DNA of 64,000 nucleotides from Acidiferrobacterales bacterium (GCA_035300145.1 DATGVQ010000159.1:73-64072); one strand, 5' to 3'; numbered from the stretch's first letter, positions 14,551-21,825 are shown. Numbers and translations are program-made. Notes: generated by a model not told the origin, from the sequence alone.

Positions 14551-14579
14551 TTGCAGTATCTCAATTTGAGATATATACT
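14551..14579 (+). promoter_or_regulatory. Candidate higBA promoter with a perfect 17-bp palindromic operator as spacer
   Basis: TTGCAG (14551-14556), then the 17-nt spacer tatctcaaTttgagata (8+1+8 perfect palindrome, 14557-14573), then TATACT (14574-14579). The higB ATG lies 6 nt further on. Confidence 0.6.
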
Positions 14580-14585
14580 CCAATT

Positions 14586-14873
14586 ATGCATATAATAACA
14601 AGAAAGCGATTAATCGACTTTGCCAAGAAACATCGGGATGCGGAGGGAGCCCTAAACATCTGGTATGCGCTAGCGGCAAAGAATGATTTTCGTTCTTTTA
14701 TGGAGCTCAGGAAGGTGTTTTCTTCCGCCGACCAAGTAGGAAAGTTTACCGTGTTCAATATTGGCGGCAATAAATATCGGTTGATTGCGGCGATTCACTA
14801 CAATCGGAAGAAGATTTATATACGGCACATATTAACTCATGCCGAATACGATTCAAACAAGTGGAAGGAGTAG
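14586..14873 (+). CDS. higB: Type II toxin HigB (YgjN family mRNA interferase)
   Basis: MHIITRKRLIDFAKKH...VFNIGGNKYRLIAAIHYNRKKIYIRHILTHAEYD aligns by eye with E. coli HigB (MHLITQKALKDAAEKY...VFNVGGNELRVVAMVFFESQKCYIREVMTHKEYD). That alignment sets the start at 14586 rather than the track start 14523. Confidence 0.9.
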   Translation: MHIITRKRLIDFAKKHRDAEGALNIWYALAAKNDFRSFMELRKVFSSADQVGKFTVFNIGGNKYRLIAAIHYNRKKIYIRHILTHAEYDSNKWKE

Positions 14874-14876
14874 TTT

Positions 14877-15287
14877 ATGTTGGCAAAATACATTGAAGAT
14901 GCAAACAAAGAGTATCGCAAAATCCGCGCTGCAATCCCGCTTGGGGTTTTGCGTTCAAAAAAGGAGTACCAAAAGGCGGTCCAAACGCTCGATGATATCC
15001 TGGATGAGATCGGCGAAGAAGAGACGCATCCGTTAGCGGAGTTGGCCGATGCGCTAAGTGTTTTTATTGAGAACTACGAAAATACTCATCTGGATATTCC
15101 TCAGGCTTCGCCCTCCGAAGTATTGAAATTTCTCATCGAGGAGCATGGGCTTAAGCAGGCGGATTTGGTAGAGATCGGCAGCCAAGGCGTGGTATCAGAA
15201 GTATTAGCCGGTAAACGCGAGCTTAATACCCGGCAAATTAAACGGCTTTCAGAACGGTTCGGGGTATCGCCGGCAGTATTTTTATAA
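14877..15287 (+). CDS. higA: Type II antitoxin HigA (XRE-type HTH)
   Basis: 136 aa. The C-terminal HTH (GLKQADLVEIGSQGVVSEVLAGKRELNTRQIKRLSERFGVSPAVFL) parallels E. coli HigA (GLTLSDLPEIGSKSMVSRVLSGKRKLTLEHAKKLATRFGISPALFI). It starts 3 nt after the higB stop. Confidence 0.9.
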   Translation: MLAKYIEDANKEYRKIRAAIPLGVLRSKKEYQKAVQTLDDILDEIGEEETHPLAELADALSVFIENYENTHLDIPQASPSEVLKFLIEEHGLKQADLVEIGSQGVVSEVLAGKRELNTRQIKRLSERFGVSPAVFL

Positions 15288-15317
15288 CAGGGTGCCGCTG
15301 ATCCCTCCCTGCTTTTC
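15288..15317 (+). terminator. Weak hairpin plus T-tract after higA
   Basis: CAGGG (15288-15292) pairs with CCCTG (15307-15311), followed by CTTTTC. Short stem and large loop. Confidence 0.3.
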
Positions 15318-15579
15318 AAACAAAAAACTTTAAACCAAAAAAGTACCTTCCCGCGAAGCTTTACCGATATTGAGCAGGCCGATTGGCACCGGCTTGCTCA
15401 CATCGCTGATGAAGGAGTGAAAACCGCTAAGCCGCTGATGGCAACGGCCTGGCCCGAAAGTAGGATGCGCCGCCGGAGGAGATCGCATAAGTTGCTGAAA
15501 AATAGATCTGGACATGATTTCCTATTTAACGGCGCCCCCTCTCGAACTCCCCCCTCGATTCGAAAGCGCAGAGGGAAAA

Positions 15580-16752
15580 ATGACGGTGATAGCCATGCGC
15601 GATCCACGGGGGCTGGCAGAATTTATACCCGCGTGGGAGGACCTGGCCGCCCACGCCGTCGAACTCAACGTCTTTTACGAGCCCTGGATGTTACTACCCG
15701 CGGTGCAGGCGTTCGGCCGCGACCGGAATTTAACTTTCATCTTCGTTTTCCGTAATGAGCGCAAGGGGGACCGCGCGGCCCTGTGCGGTTTTTTCCCGCT
15801 GGAACAAAAATACGGATACAAAGGCCTGCCGATCAACTCTCTCGGATTATGGAAATATATCCACTGTTTTCTATGCACACCCTTGGTGCGCGCGCGCTAC
15901 GCCGCCGAATGCCTGGACGCCTTCTTTGATTGGCTGGCGGCGGCCGCGCCCGACCACTCGCTGCTGGAATTGGCCCATATCGGCGGACAAGGTCCGTTTC
16001 AGCAATTGCTGGTCGAACGCTGCCAACGGCGCGGGCTTTTAAGCCTGACGACCGGCGGCGAGATGCGCGCGCTTTTCCGGCCGGGGACCGACGGCGACGC
16101 CTATATACAGGCGGCGCTGTCGACCAAGCGGCGCAAGGAGTTGCGGCGTCTGGAGAAACGGATGTTGGATCAAGGGCGATTGGAATACCTGCGTTTGCAG
16201 CCGGACGGGAACGTTGATCACTGGGTCAGGACGTTTATCGGGTTGGAGGCGGCGGGGTGGAAGGGACGCGCCAACACCGCCCTGGCCTGCAATCAGACCG
16301 AACGCGACTTTTTCGCCACCATCGTTAAAGAGGCGTTCCGGCGCGGCCGGCTGATGATGCTGGCGGTGCACCTCGACCATCGGCCGGTGGCGCAGAAGTG
16401 CAATTTATTGGCGGGCACCGGCGGGTTCGCGTTTAAAATCGCATTCGACGAGAGCTACGCCCGCTACTCTCCAGGAGTATTGCTGGAACTAAAAAACATC
16501 CACTACCTGCATGAGCGCCGCGAGCTGCAATGGATGGATTCGTGCGCGGAATCGAATCATTCCATGATTGATCGCCTGTGGCCGGACCGCAGGCTCATCC
16601 AGCACCTGCTGGTGGCGACCGGCGCCCCCGGGGGGAAACTGGTTCTCCAACTGATTTCACGGCTGCGCTGGATGCAGCGCGCGGCGGTATCCATCCTGCC
16701 TCACTTTTTAAAGAAGGGAAACAAAAATGAATTCGACGACATTAAGCTATGA
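15580..16752 (+). CDS. FemAB/CelD(BcsL)-like GNAT-fold acyltransferase (Acetyltransf_6-like)
   Basis: About 390 aa. The N-terminal region AEFIPAWEDLAAHAVELNVFYEPWMLLPAV and the overall length are typical of CelD/FemAB-related proteins as I know them. Start taken at the ATG at 15580, preceded by GAGGGA; the track start 15514 has no SD. The family call is not verified by HMM. Confidence 0.7.
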   Translation: MTVIAMRDPRGLAEFIPAWEDLAAHAVELNVFYEPWMLLPAVQAFGRDRNLTFIFVFRNERKGDRAALCGFFPLEQKYGYKGLPINSLGLWKYIHCFLCTPLVRARYAAECLDAFFDWLAAAAPDHSLLELAHIGGQGPFQQLLVERCQRRGLLSLTTGGEMRALFRPGTDGDAYIQAALSTKRRKELRRLEKRMLDQGRLEYLRLQPDGNVDHWVRTFIGLEAAGWKGRANTALACNQTERDFFATIVKEAFRRGRLMMLAVHLDHRPVAQKCNLLAGTGGFAFKIAFDESYARYSPGVLLELKNIHYLHERRELQWMDSCAESNHSMIDRLWPDRRLIQHLLVATGAPGGKLVLQLISRLRWMQRAAVSILPHFLKKGNKNEFDDIKL

Positions 16753-17692
16753 ACGCCCGGGCTTTGCCCCAACAGAAGAACCCCGCACCGGGCCGTTGCT
16801 CGAAATCGACCCCCCGACCTTCCACGCGAACTTCAACCGTAAACCGTTTTTAATAAAACATCGCCTCGTCGCCGACGCCTTGTTTGCCCTGCCGCGCCTC
16901 ATCGAGCTGGCCAAACGCCTGCCGCCGGCACTTATCGAATATAACGCCGGCGATATCCCGGTGAGCTTAAATCCGACATTGACGCCGCATACCGGACTTT
17001 CGCCGCAGGAAACCCTCCGGCGCATCGAGGAATGCCGCTCCTGGATGGTGCTGAAAAACATCGAACAGGACCCGCAATACGGCGCGTTGTTGCATCGTTG
17101 CCTGGATGAAATCCAGACTTACTCGGAGGCGCTCGACCCGCATATGCGCGGCCGCGAAGGCTTTATCTTCATCTCTTCGCCCGGTTCGATCACACCCTAT
17201 CACCTCGATCCGGAGCACAACTTCCTGTTGCAGATCCGCGGCGCTAAAAGCGCGGCCTTGTTCGATCCCAGCGACCGCGCGCTGCTGTCGGAACAGGAGC
17301 TGGAACAGCGGGCCGCGGGCGTACACCGTAACCTGGTGTTTAAAGAGAGCTATCAAGCCAAGGCGGCGGTATTCGATTTAACGCCGGGCTATGGCCTGCA
17401 TTTTCCGGTCACGGCGCCCCACTGGATCAAAAACGGAAACGAGGTGTCAGTGTCCTTCAGCATCACCTTCCGCACCCCGGCCACGGAGCGGCGCGCCATT
17501 ATTCGGCGCGTAAACCACGATCTCCGGCGGATAGGATGGACCCCCACCCCGCCGGGGCAATCGGCGCTGCGCGACGCCGTCAAATATTACGGCTTCCGGG
17601 CCTTAAGACGCGCCGATTATTATTTGCGACGCAACCGGGCCACGCCGGCGAAAGGATATAAAAAGGCCGTGGCCGGCGAGGCGGAAGATTAG
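16727..17692 (+). CDS. JmjC/cupin-8-like Fe(II)/2-oxoglutarate dioxygenase
   Basis: 321 aa. HxD...H facial triad candidates: H159-L-D161 (ITPYHLDPEHNFLLQIRG) and H232 (GYGLHFPVTAPHWIKNGNEVSVSFSITF), a layout typical of JmjC/FIH-type cupins. The ATG lies 26 nt upstream of the acyltransferase stop, with SD AGAAGGGA inside the upstream gene. Confidence 0.75.
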   Translation: MNSTTLSYERPGFAPTEEPRTGPLLEIDPPTFHANFNRKPFLIKHRLVADALFALPRLIELAKRLPPALIEYNAGDIPVSLNPTLTPHTGLSPQETLRRIEECRSWMVLKNIEQDPQYGALLHRCLDEIQTYSEALDPHMRGREGFIFISSPGSITPYHLDPEHNFLLQIRGAKSAALFDPSDRALLSEQELEQRAAGVHRNLVFKESYQAKAAVFDLTPGYGLHFPVTAPHWIKNGNEVSVSFSITFRTPATERRAIIRRVNHDLRRIGWTPTPPGQSALRDAVKYYGFRALRRADYYLRRNRATPAKGYKKAVAGEAED

Positions 17693-17834
17693 ATTTTGGT
17701 GCTGATGGCCGGTTTTTTTAAACGGTCGAATTTTGCCGAATAGGCAGGTCGAAAGAACTGCCACTTAATTATCTCAACATCAATCTGCTAAGATAAATAA
17801 GAGCAGGGATGTGTCGTGGTGATGGTGGAGAAGA

Positions 17835-18059
17835 ATGAAGAATAATAATCCCGCTACGCTGGCTAGTTTAGCAGGATATCGGCAAAAGTTCACGCCGCAG
17901 GTTCCCCCAGCCCCCCGGTGCATCTCGATCCCCAAGTACTCGAGTATCTCGCCGAGCGCGCCAAGGCCAAGGGTATTCCGTTGAACGAGCTCGTCAACTC
18001 TTTGCTCAAGAAGGACATCGCTCAAGAAGGACATCGAGTTGATTGAGGCGGGGAGATAA
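17835..18059 (+). pseudogene. Decayed small ribbon-helix-helix/antitoxin-like gene (two frame-breaking lesions)
   Basis: Frame 0: MKNNNPATLASLAGYRQKFTPQVPPAP..., stopping at about 17982. Frame +2 carries VHLDPQVLEYLAERAKAKGIPLNELVNSLLKKDI. The frames switch in the C5/C6 tracts at 17904-17916. A perfect 16-bp tandem duplication (18005-18020 = 18021-18036, ctcaagaaggacatcg) breaks the frame again. Without it the reading continues ...LLKKDIELIEAGR to the stop at 18057. Confidence 0.6.
18005..18036 (+). repeat. Perfect 16-bp tandem duplication inside the decayed antitoxin gene
   Basis: ctcaagaaggacatcg occurs twice, head to tail. Confidence 0.95.
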
Positions 18060-18070
18060 TCCCGGGTTAT

Positions 18071-18100
18071 AGCGCTTCGCGCCTAACCCAGGCTGCGCGC
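18071..18100 (+). repeat. REP-like GC-rich element (GCGCTTCGCGCCT core)
   Basis: agcgcttcgcgcctaacccaggctgcgcgc. The 13-nt core gcgcttcgcgcct recurs on the minus strand at 9747-9759. Confidence 0.6.
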
Positions 18101-18128
18101 TAGGACTGCGTTGCGATCGATCCAGCGG

Positions 18129-18500
18129 CTAAAGCAGTTTCTGGTAGTCGCAGTTGAGAAGCTTCGCGAGCTTCTTGGCCGAGATCTTACCGATCGGGCG
18201 CTTGTTGTGTTCCATCTCGGAGAGATGGTGTTGCTGCGTGCCGGCCTTGGCCGCGAGCTCAGCTTGTGTCAGCTCAGCCCGCAGGCGATAGAGGCGCAGG
18301 TAATAACCTGGCGTGCGATAAGCGGCACCGTGACGCGCCTTCGCCTCGGCGTGCACAAGATCCGCCGGCACGCGCGCTTCATCGAGATAATCATCGAGCG
18401 CGGTACGGATCACGCGCTTTAAACGCGTGACGTTGACCTTATTCGACGGGGCGATACTCACGTCAGCCAGGGGATGATGGAGTTTCACGGCATGGCTCAT
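18129..18500 (-). CDS. XRE-family HTH antitoxin
   Basis: 123 aa. C-terminal HTH (LRAELTQAELAAKAGTQQHHLSEMEHNKRPIGKISAKKLAKLLN). 4-nt ATGA overlap with the upstream toxin gene. Confidence 0.8.
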   Translation of the reverse strand: MSHAVKLHHPLADVSIAPSNKVNVTRLKRVIRTALDDYLDEARVPADLVHAEAKARHGAAYRTPGYYLRLYRLRAELTQAELAAKAGTQQHHLSEMEHNKRPIGKISAKKLAKLLNCDYQKLL

Positions 18501-18766
18501 CGGTATGCGTCCTTCCTGTGTCCTAGATAGAATACTTCAATCTCAAGCATCTGTTCGTTTATTACACGGTACCGCATGCGATAGCGGTACGTGAGCCGCA
18601 CCCGATATTCGTTATTCCCGGTCTTGCGCACATCCCAGCCCATTGGCTTCGGGCCTTTAGCCTCGAGATCTTGAATCGCGGCGTCGGCCAGGTCCTGGAT
18701 GGCGCTCGGCAGCTTTTTCAGCTGCTTGTAGGCTCGTCCGGTGAGGGTGACAGTCCAGGTGCTCAT
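18497..18766 (-). CDS. RelE/ParE-superfamily toxin
   Basis: 89 aa. MSTWTVTLTGRAYKQLKKLPSAIQDLADAAIQDL...YRVRLTYRYRMRYRVINEQMLEIEVFYLGHRKDAY is a typical RelE/ParE pattern. The toxin gene lies upstream of the antitoxin gene (HigBA-like order). Confidence 0.8.
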   Translation of the reverse strand: MSTWTVTLTGRAYKQLKKLPSAIQDLADAAIQDLEAKGPKPMGWDVRKTGNNEYRVRLTYRYRMRYRVINEQMLEIEVFYLGHRKDAYR

Positions 18767-18775
18767 CTAGTCATA

Positions 18776-19077
18776 TAGGATGGGTCAAGCGGCCGCTCCC
18801 GGCATCCGGCGTCCCGCGGCATTACCACTTCCCTGTACGGCACGGCCGTGCTTCCTGTACAGCAGAGCGTACCCATCAAATCTATGATTTTGTTGGGTTC
18901 GCCGGTCGCTCAAACACATCCATGTGTTTCGCGATGCACAGGGAAGTGCGAGTGTCGCGAGAGGCAGGATGCCGAGAGCGACCGACACTCGGGCTCCCGC
19001 CCAGCGCTACCGCGGCTTAACCCAACCTACATTGATCATGGTTAAAGACCGGACATTACTTATACATGGATCAATAG
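18776..19077 (-). repeat. Composite repeat R1, long copy (302 bp), carrying a nested 198-bp unit
   Basis: Read on the minus strand it begins ctattgatccatgtataagtaat... and ends ...ggccgcttgacccatccta, colinear with the 90-bp copy at 32146-32235. Identities by eye are 43/48, 20/23 and 18/19, apart from L-specific segments of 14 bp and 198 bp. Confidence 0.85.
18802..18999 (+). repeat. 198-bp mosaic-repeat unit (copy Z) nested in R1, bounded by a 7-bp direct repeat
   Basis: gctcccg occurs at 18795-18801 and again at 18993-18999. The unit contains module a (18930-18984), which is 50/55 identical to 48264-48318. Confidence 0.8.
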
Positions 19078-19163
19078 TTCTTAAGTATACCAGCCATTGG
19101 TATGTCCGGCTAGTCTGGTTTTCTTTCTTCTTCTGCTTCGACAGCAAAACGGTGAGCGCGTGG

Positions 19164-19189
19164 GGCGGAAAAGCGCAGCGCCTTCCGCC
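19164..19189. repeat. REP-like hairpin downstream of rnhB
   Basis: GGCGGAA-aaGCGcagCGCct-TTCCGCC. Confidence 0.5.
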
Positions 19190-19264
19190 GCTTTACCCTC
19201 TTTCAGTTCGCCTGCCGGTAAATCCAACACCGTACCCGTCCAAGGTCGAATACGGAGGTTACGT

Positions 19265-19846
19265 CTATACTAAATCTCTTACCAGCACCCGGCGTACCGG
19301 CGCGAAGCTGCGGCGGTGGATGGCGCAAGCGCCGAGTTTTTCCAGCGCGCTGAGGTGGCCGGGGGTGCAGTAGCCCTTGTGGCGGGAAAAATCGTAGCCG
19401 GGAAAGTGGTGGTCCATGGCGCGCATCTCGGCGTCGCGCGCGACCTTGGCGAGAATCGAGGCGGCGGAAATCGCGGGCACGGTCTCATCGCCTTTAATAA
19501 TGGTGCGCGCCCGGCAATGCAGGCGCGGGTCGTGGATGCCGTCCACCAACGCCAGCGTCGGCAGCGGCATCAGCGCGGCGACGGCGCGGCGCATGGCTAA
19601 CAGGCCCGCTTGCAAAATATTGATGCGATCGATCTCATCCACTTCGGCGCGGCCCAATGCCCACGCGATGGCATGGGCTTTAATTTCCTCCGCCAGGATT
19701 TCGCGCGTTTCCGCCGGGAGTATTTTGGAATCGGCAAGACCGTGGATTTTAAAGCGGCGGTCTAAGATCACTGCGGCGGCGACGACCGGCCCGGCGAGCG
19801 GTCCAATGCCGACCTCATCTACGCCTGCAATAATAATCGGTCTCAT
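19265..19846 (-). CDS. rnhB: Ribonuclease HII
   Basis: 193 aa with the N-terminal [15 protein letters not shown] motif. Downstream of lpxB as in many Proteobacteria. Confidence 0.96.
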   Translation of the reverse strand: MRPIIIAGVDEVGIGPLAGPVVAAAVILDRRFKIHGLADSKILPAETREILAEEIKAHAIAWALGRAEVDEIDRINILQAGLLAMRRAVAALMPLPTLALVDGIHDPRLHCRARTIIKGDETVPAISAASILAKVARDAEMRAMDHHFPGYDFSRHKGYCTPGHLSALEKLGACAIHRRSFAPVRRVLVRDLV

Positions 19847-19862
19847 ATTCTCTTAGCTTATA

Positions 19863-21050
19863 TCAACCTGTTTTGCGTGTTTTTTTAACGCGCGCGGTTT
19901 TTTGCAATAGGGCCACTACCGCTTCCGCCGCGCGCTCATCGGCATTGCACCGCAGCTGATCATGGATTTTCTGATACTCGTTGCGGATCAATTCTGCGCG
20001 CGCCGGATTGGATAAATAGTATTCGATAGTCTTCCCCAACTTTTGCGGCACCGCGTTTCTTTGCAAGAGCTCCGGCACCAGCTCCTGCCCGGCCAGATGA
20101 TTAGGCATGGAATAAAGCTTCACTTGCGAAAACATTTTGATGAGCAGATGGCTGAAAAAAGATACTTTATAAGTAACCACCATCAGCCGCTTTAATAACG
20201 CGGCTTCTAACGCCGCGGTGCCGGAGGCCAGCAGCACGATATCCGACGCGGCCATGGCATCGTGCGAATGGCCGAACATCCGTGTCATCGGTAAATCCCA
20301 AGCGTCGTTCTTTTTGATGGCGTCTTCAAAAATAACCCGGGTTTGGCGATTAACGAAGGGGGCGATAAAGCTCAGTTGCTTATTGCGTGCGTACAACCAT
20401 AGCGCTGTGCGGACGAACAGGCCGGCGTGCGCCTTCAGTTCGCTGGTACGGCTGCCCGGCAGCAAGGCGATTATAGTAGCGTCCAAACGCAGTTTGAGTT
20501 TCCGACGAAAGGCATCGCGGTCAGGCTCATCCGGAATTTGATCCGCCAAAGGATGGCCGACAAAGGTTACCGGCACTTGCTTCGCGCGATAATATTTCTC
20601 CTCGAAAGGAAATAGCACCAGAATGTGATCCACTGCCTGCCGGATCTTGCGTATGCGCCAACCGCGCCAGGCCCAGACCTGCGGGCTGACGTAATGCACC
20701 GTGGGGATGCCGGCTCGTTTTAATTTCTGCTCCAGGCCGAGATTGAATCCGGACGAGTCGATGCCGATAAAAAGATCGGGCGGATCGGATAAGAAATGCT
20801 TTAGCAGGCGGCGGCGTATGCCGCTGATTTCGAAATAGCGGCCGAACACTTCGGTAATACCCAAGACCGACAGCCGTTCCATCGGAAACAAGCTGCGGCA
20901 GCCCTGTGCGATCATTTCCGGACCGCCGATGCCCTCGCACTGAATATCGGGAATGCGTTCTTTTAGCGCCTTCAATAAACCGGCGCCTAATGCATCCCCG
21001 GAAACTTCACCGGCGACCACAGCGATGCGTACGGGAGGAAGCGATTGCAT
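19863..21050 (-). CDS. lpxB: Lipid-A-disaccharide synthase
   Basis: Start taken at the internal Met (MQSLPPVRIAVVAGEVSGD), 4 nt after the lpxA stop. The track start 21116 would overlap lpxA by 62 nt. Confidence 0.95.
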   Translation of the reverse strand: MQSLPPVRIAVVAGEVSGDALGAGLLKALKERIPDIQCEGIGGPEMIAQGCRSLFPMERLSVLGITEVFGRYFEISGIRRRLLKHFLSDPPDLFIGIDSSGFNLGLEQKLKRAGIPTVHYVSPQVWAWRGWRIRKIRQAVDHILVLFPFEEKYYRAKQVPVTFVGHPLADQIPDEPDRDAFRRKLKLRLDATIIALLPGSRTSELKAHAGLFVRTALWLYARNKQLSFIAPFVNRQTRVIFEDAIKKNDAWDLPMTRMFGHSHDAMAASDIVLLASGTAALEAALLKRLMVVTYKVSFFSHLLIKMFSQVKLYSMPNHLAGQELVPELLQRNAVPQKLGKTIEYYLSNPARAELIRNEYQKIHDQLRCNADERAAEAVVALLQKTARVKKTRKTG

Positions 21051-21054
21051 GGCG

Positions 21055-21825
21055 TTATCGGATGATGCCGCGCCGGGCTTGTTTGACAAATTCCGCCAGA
21101 TGCGCGACCTCCGCACAATCCGCCTGCATCTGCGTCAATGCTTGAATCGCCTCTTCCAATTTAAATCCCGACTTATAGAGAATTTTGTAGGCGCGCCGCA
21201 AGGCATTCATGGTCTCGACCGAGAACCCTCTGCGCCTTAAACCCTTGGTATTGAGGCCATAAGGCTTTGCCGTATTGCCGGCGGCCATCATATAAGGCGG
21301 AATATCTTTAAAGCTGATGGTGGCGATACCGGTCATGCAATGCGCCCCCACCCGGCAAAATTGATGGATGCCGGTGAAGCCGCCGAGAATTGCATAGTCG
21401 CCGACACTGACGTGGCCGGCAAGGCTCGCGCAATTCGCAAAGATGGCGTGATTTCCCACTTGGCAGTCGTGCGCGATATGGACGTAGGCCATCATGAAAT
21501 TATCGTCGCCGACCCGCGTTATCCCGCCCCCGCCTTCGGTGCCGCGGCTGAACGTGCAATATTCGCGGATGACATTCCGATCGCCGATTTCCAACCGGGT
21601 AGGCGCGCCGGCGTATTTTAAATCTTGCGGCGCTTCGCCGATCGAACAAAATTGGTAAATGCGGTTTTGCCTGCCGATGCGGGTAGGGCCGTTAATCACG
21701 ACATGCGGGCCGATCCAGGTGCCCTCACCAATTTCCACCTCCGGGCCGATGATGGAAAAAGGGCCGATATGCACGTCTTCGGCCAATCTCACTGAAGGAT
21801 CGATAATCGCTTGCGGGTGGATCAC
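21055..21825 (-). CDS. lpxA: UDP-N-acetylglucosamine O-acyltransferase
   Basis: 256 aa with hexapeptide repeats, in the fabZ-lpxA-lpxB context. Confidence 0.97.
   Translation of the reverse strand: MIHPQAIIDPSVRLAEDVHIGPFSIIGPEVEIGEGTWIGPHVVINGPTRIGRQNRIYQFCSIGEAPQDLKYAGAPTRLEIGDRNVIREYCTFSRGTEGGGGITRVGDDNFMMAYVHIAHDCQVGNHAIFANCASLAGHVSVGDYAILGGFTGIHQFCRVGAHCMTGIATISFKDIPPYMMAAGNTAKPYGLNTKGLRRRGFSVETMNALRRAYKILYKSGFKLEEAIQALTQMQADCAEVAHLAEFVKQARRGIIR

Noticed and set aside
15384-15398. Sigma-54-like sequence TGGCACCGGCTTGCT upstream of the acyltransferase gene.
   Set aside because: The GG-to-GC spacing is one nucleotide shorter than the canonical -24/-12 arrangement (TGGCAC-N5-TTGC). No enhancer-binding-protein gene lies nearby.
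17780-18034. 84-aa minus-strand ORF (MSFLSDVLLEQRVDELVQRN...).
   Set aside because: It is antisense to the plus-strand frame that encodes a convincing antitoxin-like peptide. It has no SD and no recognisable features.
18924-19373. 149-aa plus-strand ORF spanning the repeat region and running antisense into rnhB.
   Set aside because: It starts inside repeat module a, translates REP-like sequence and overlaps the well-supported rnhB on the opposite strand.
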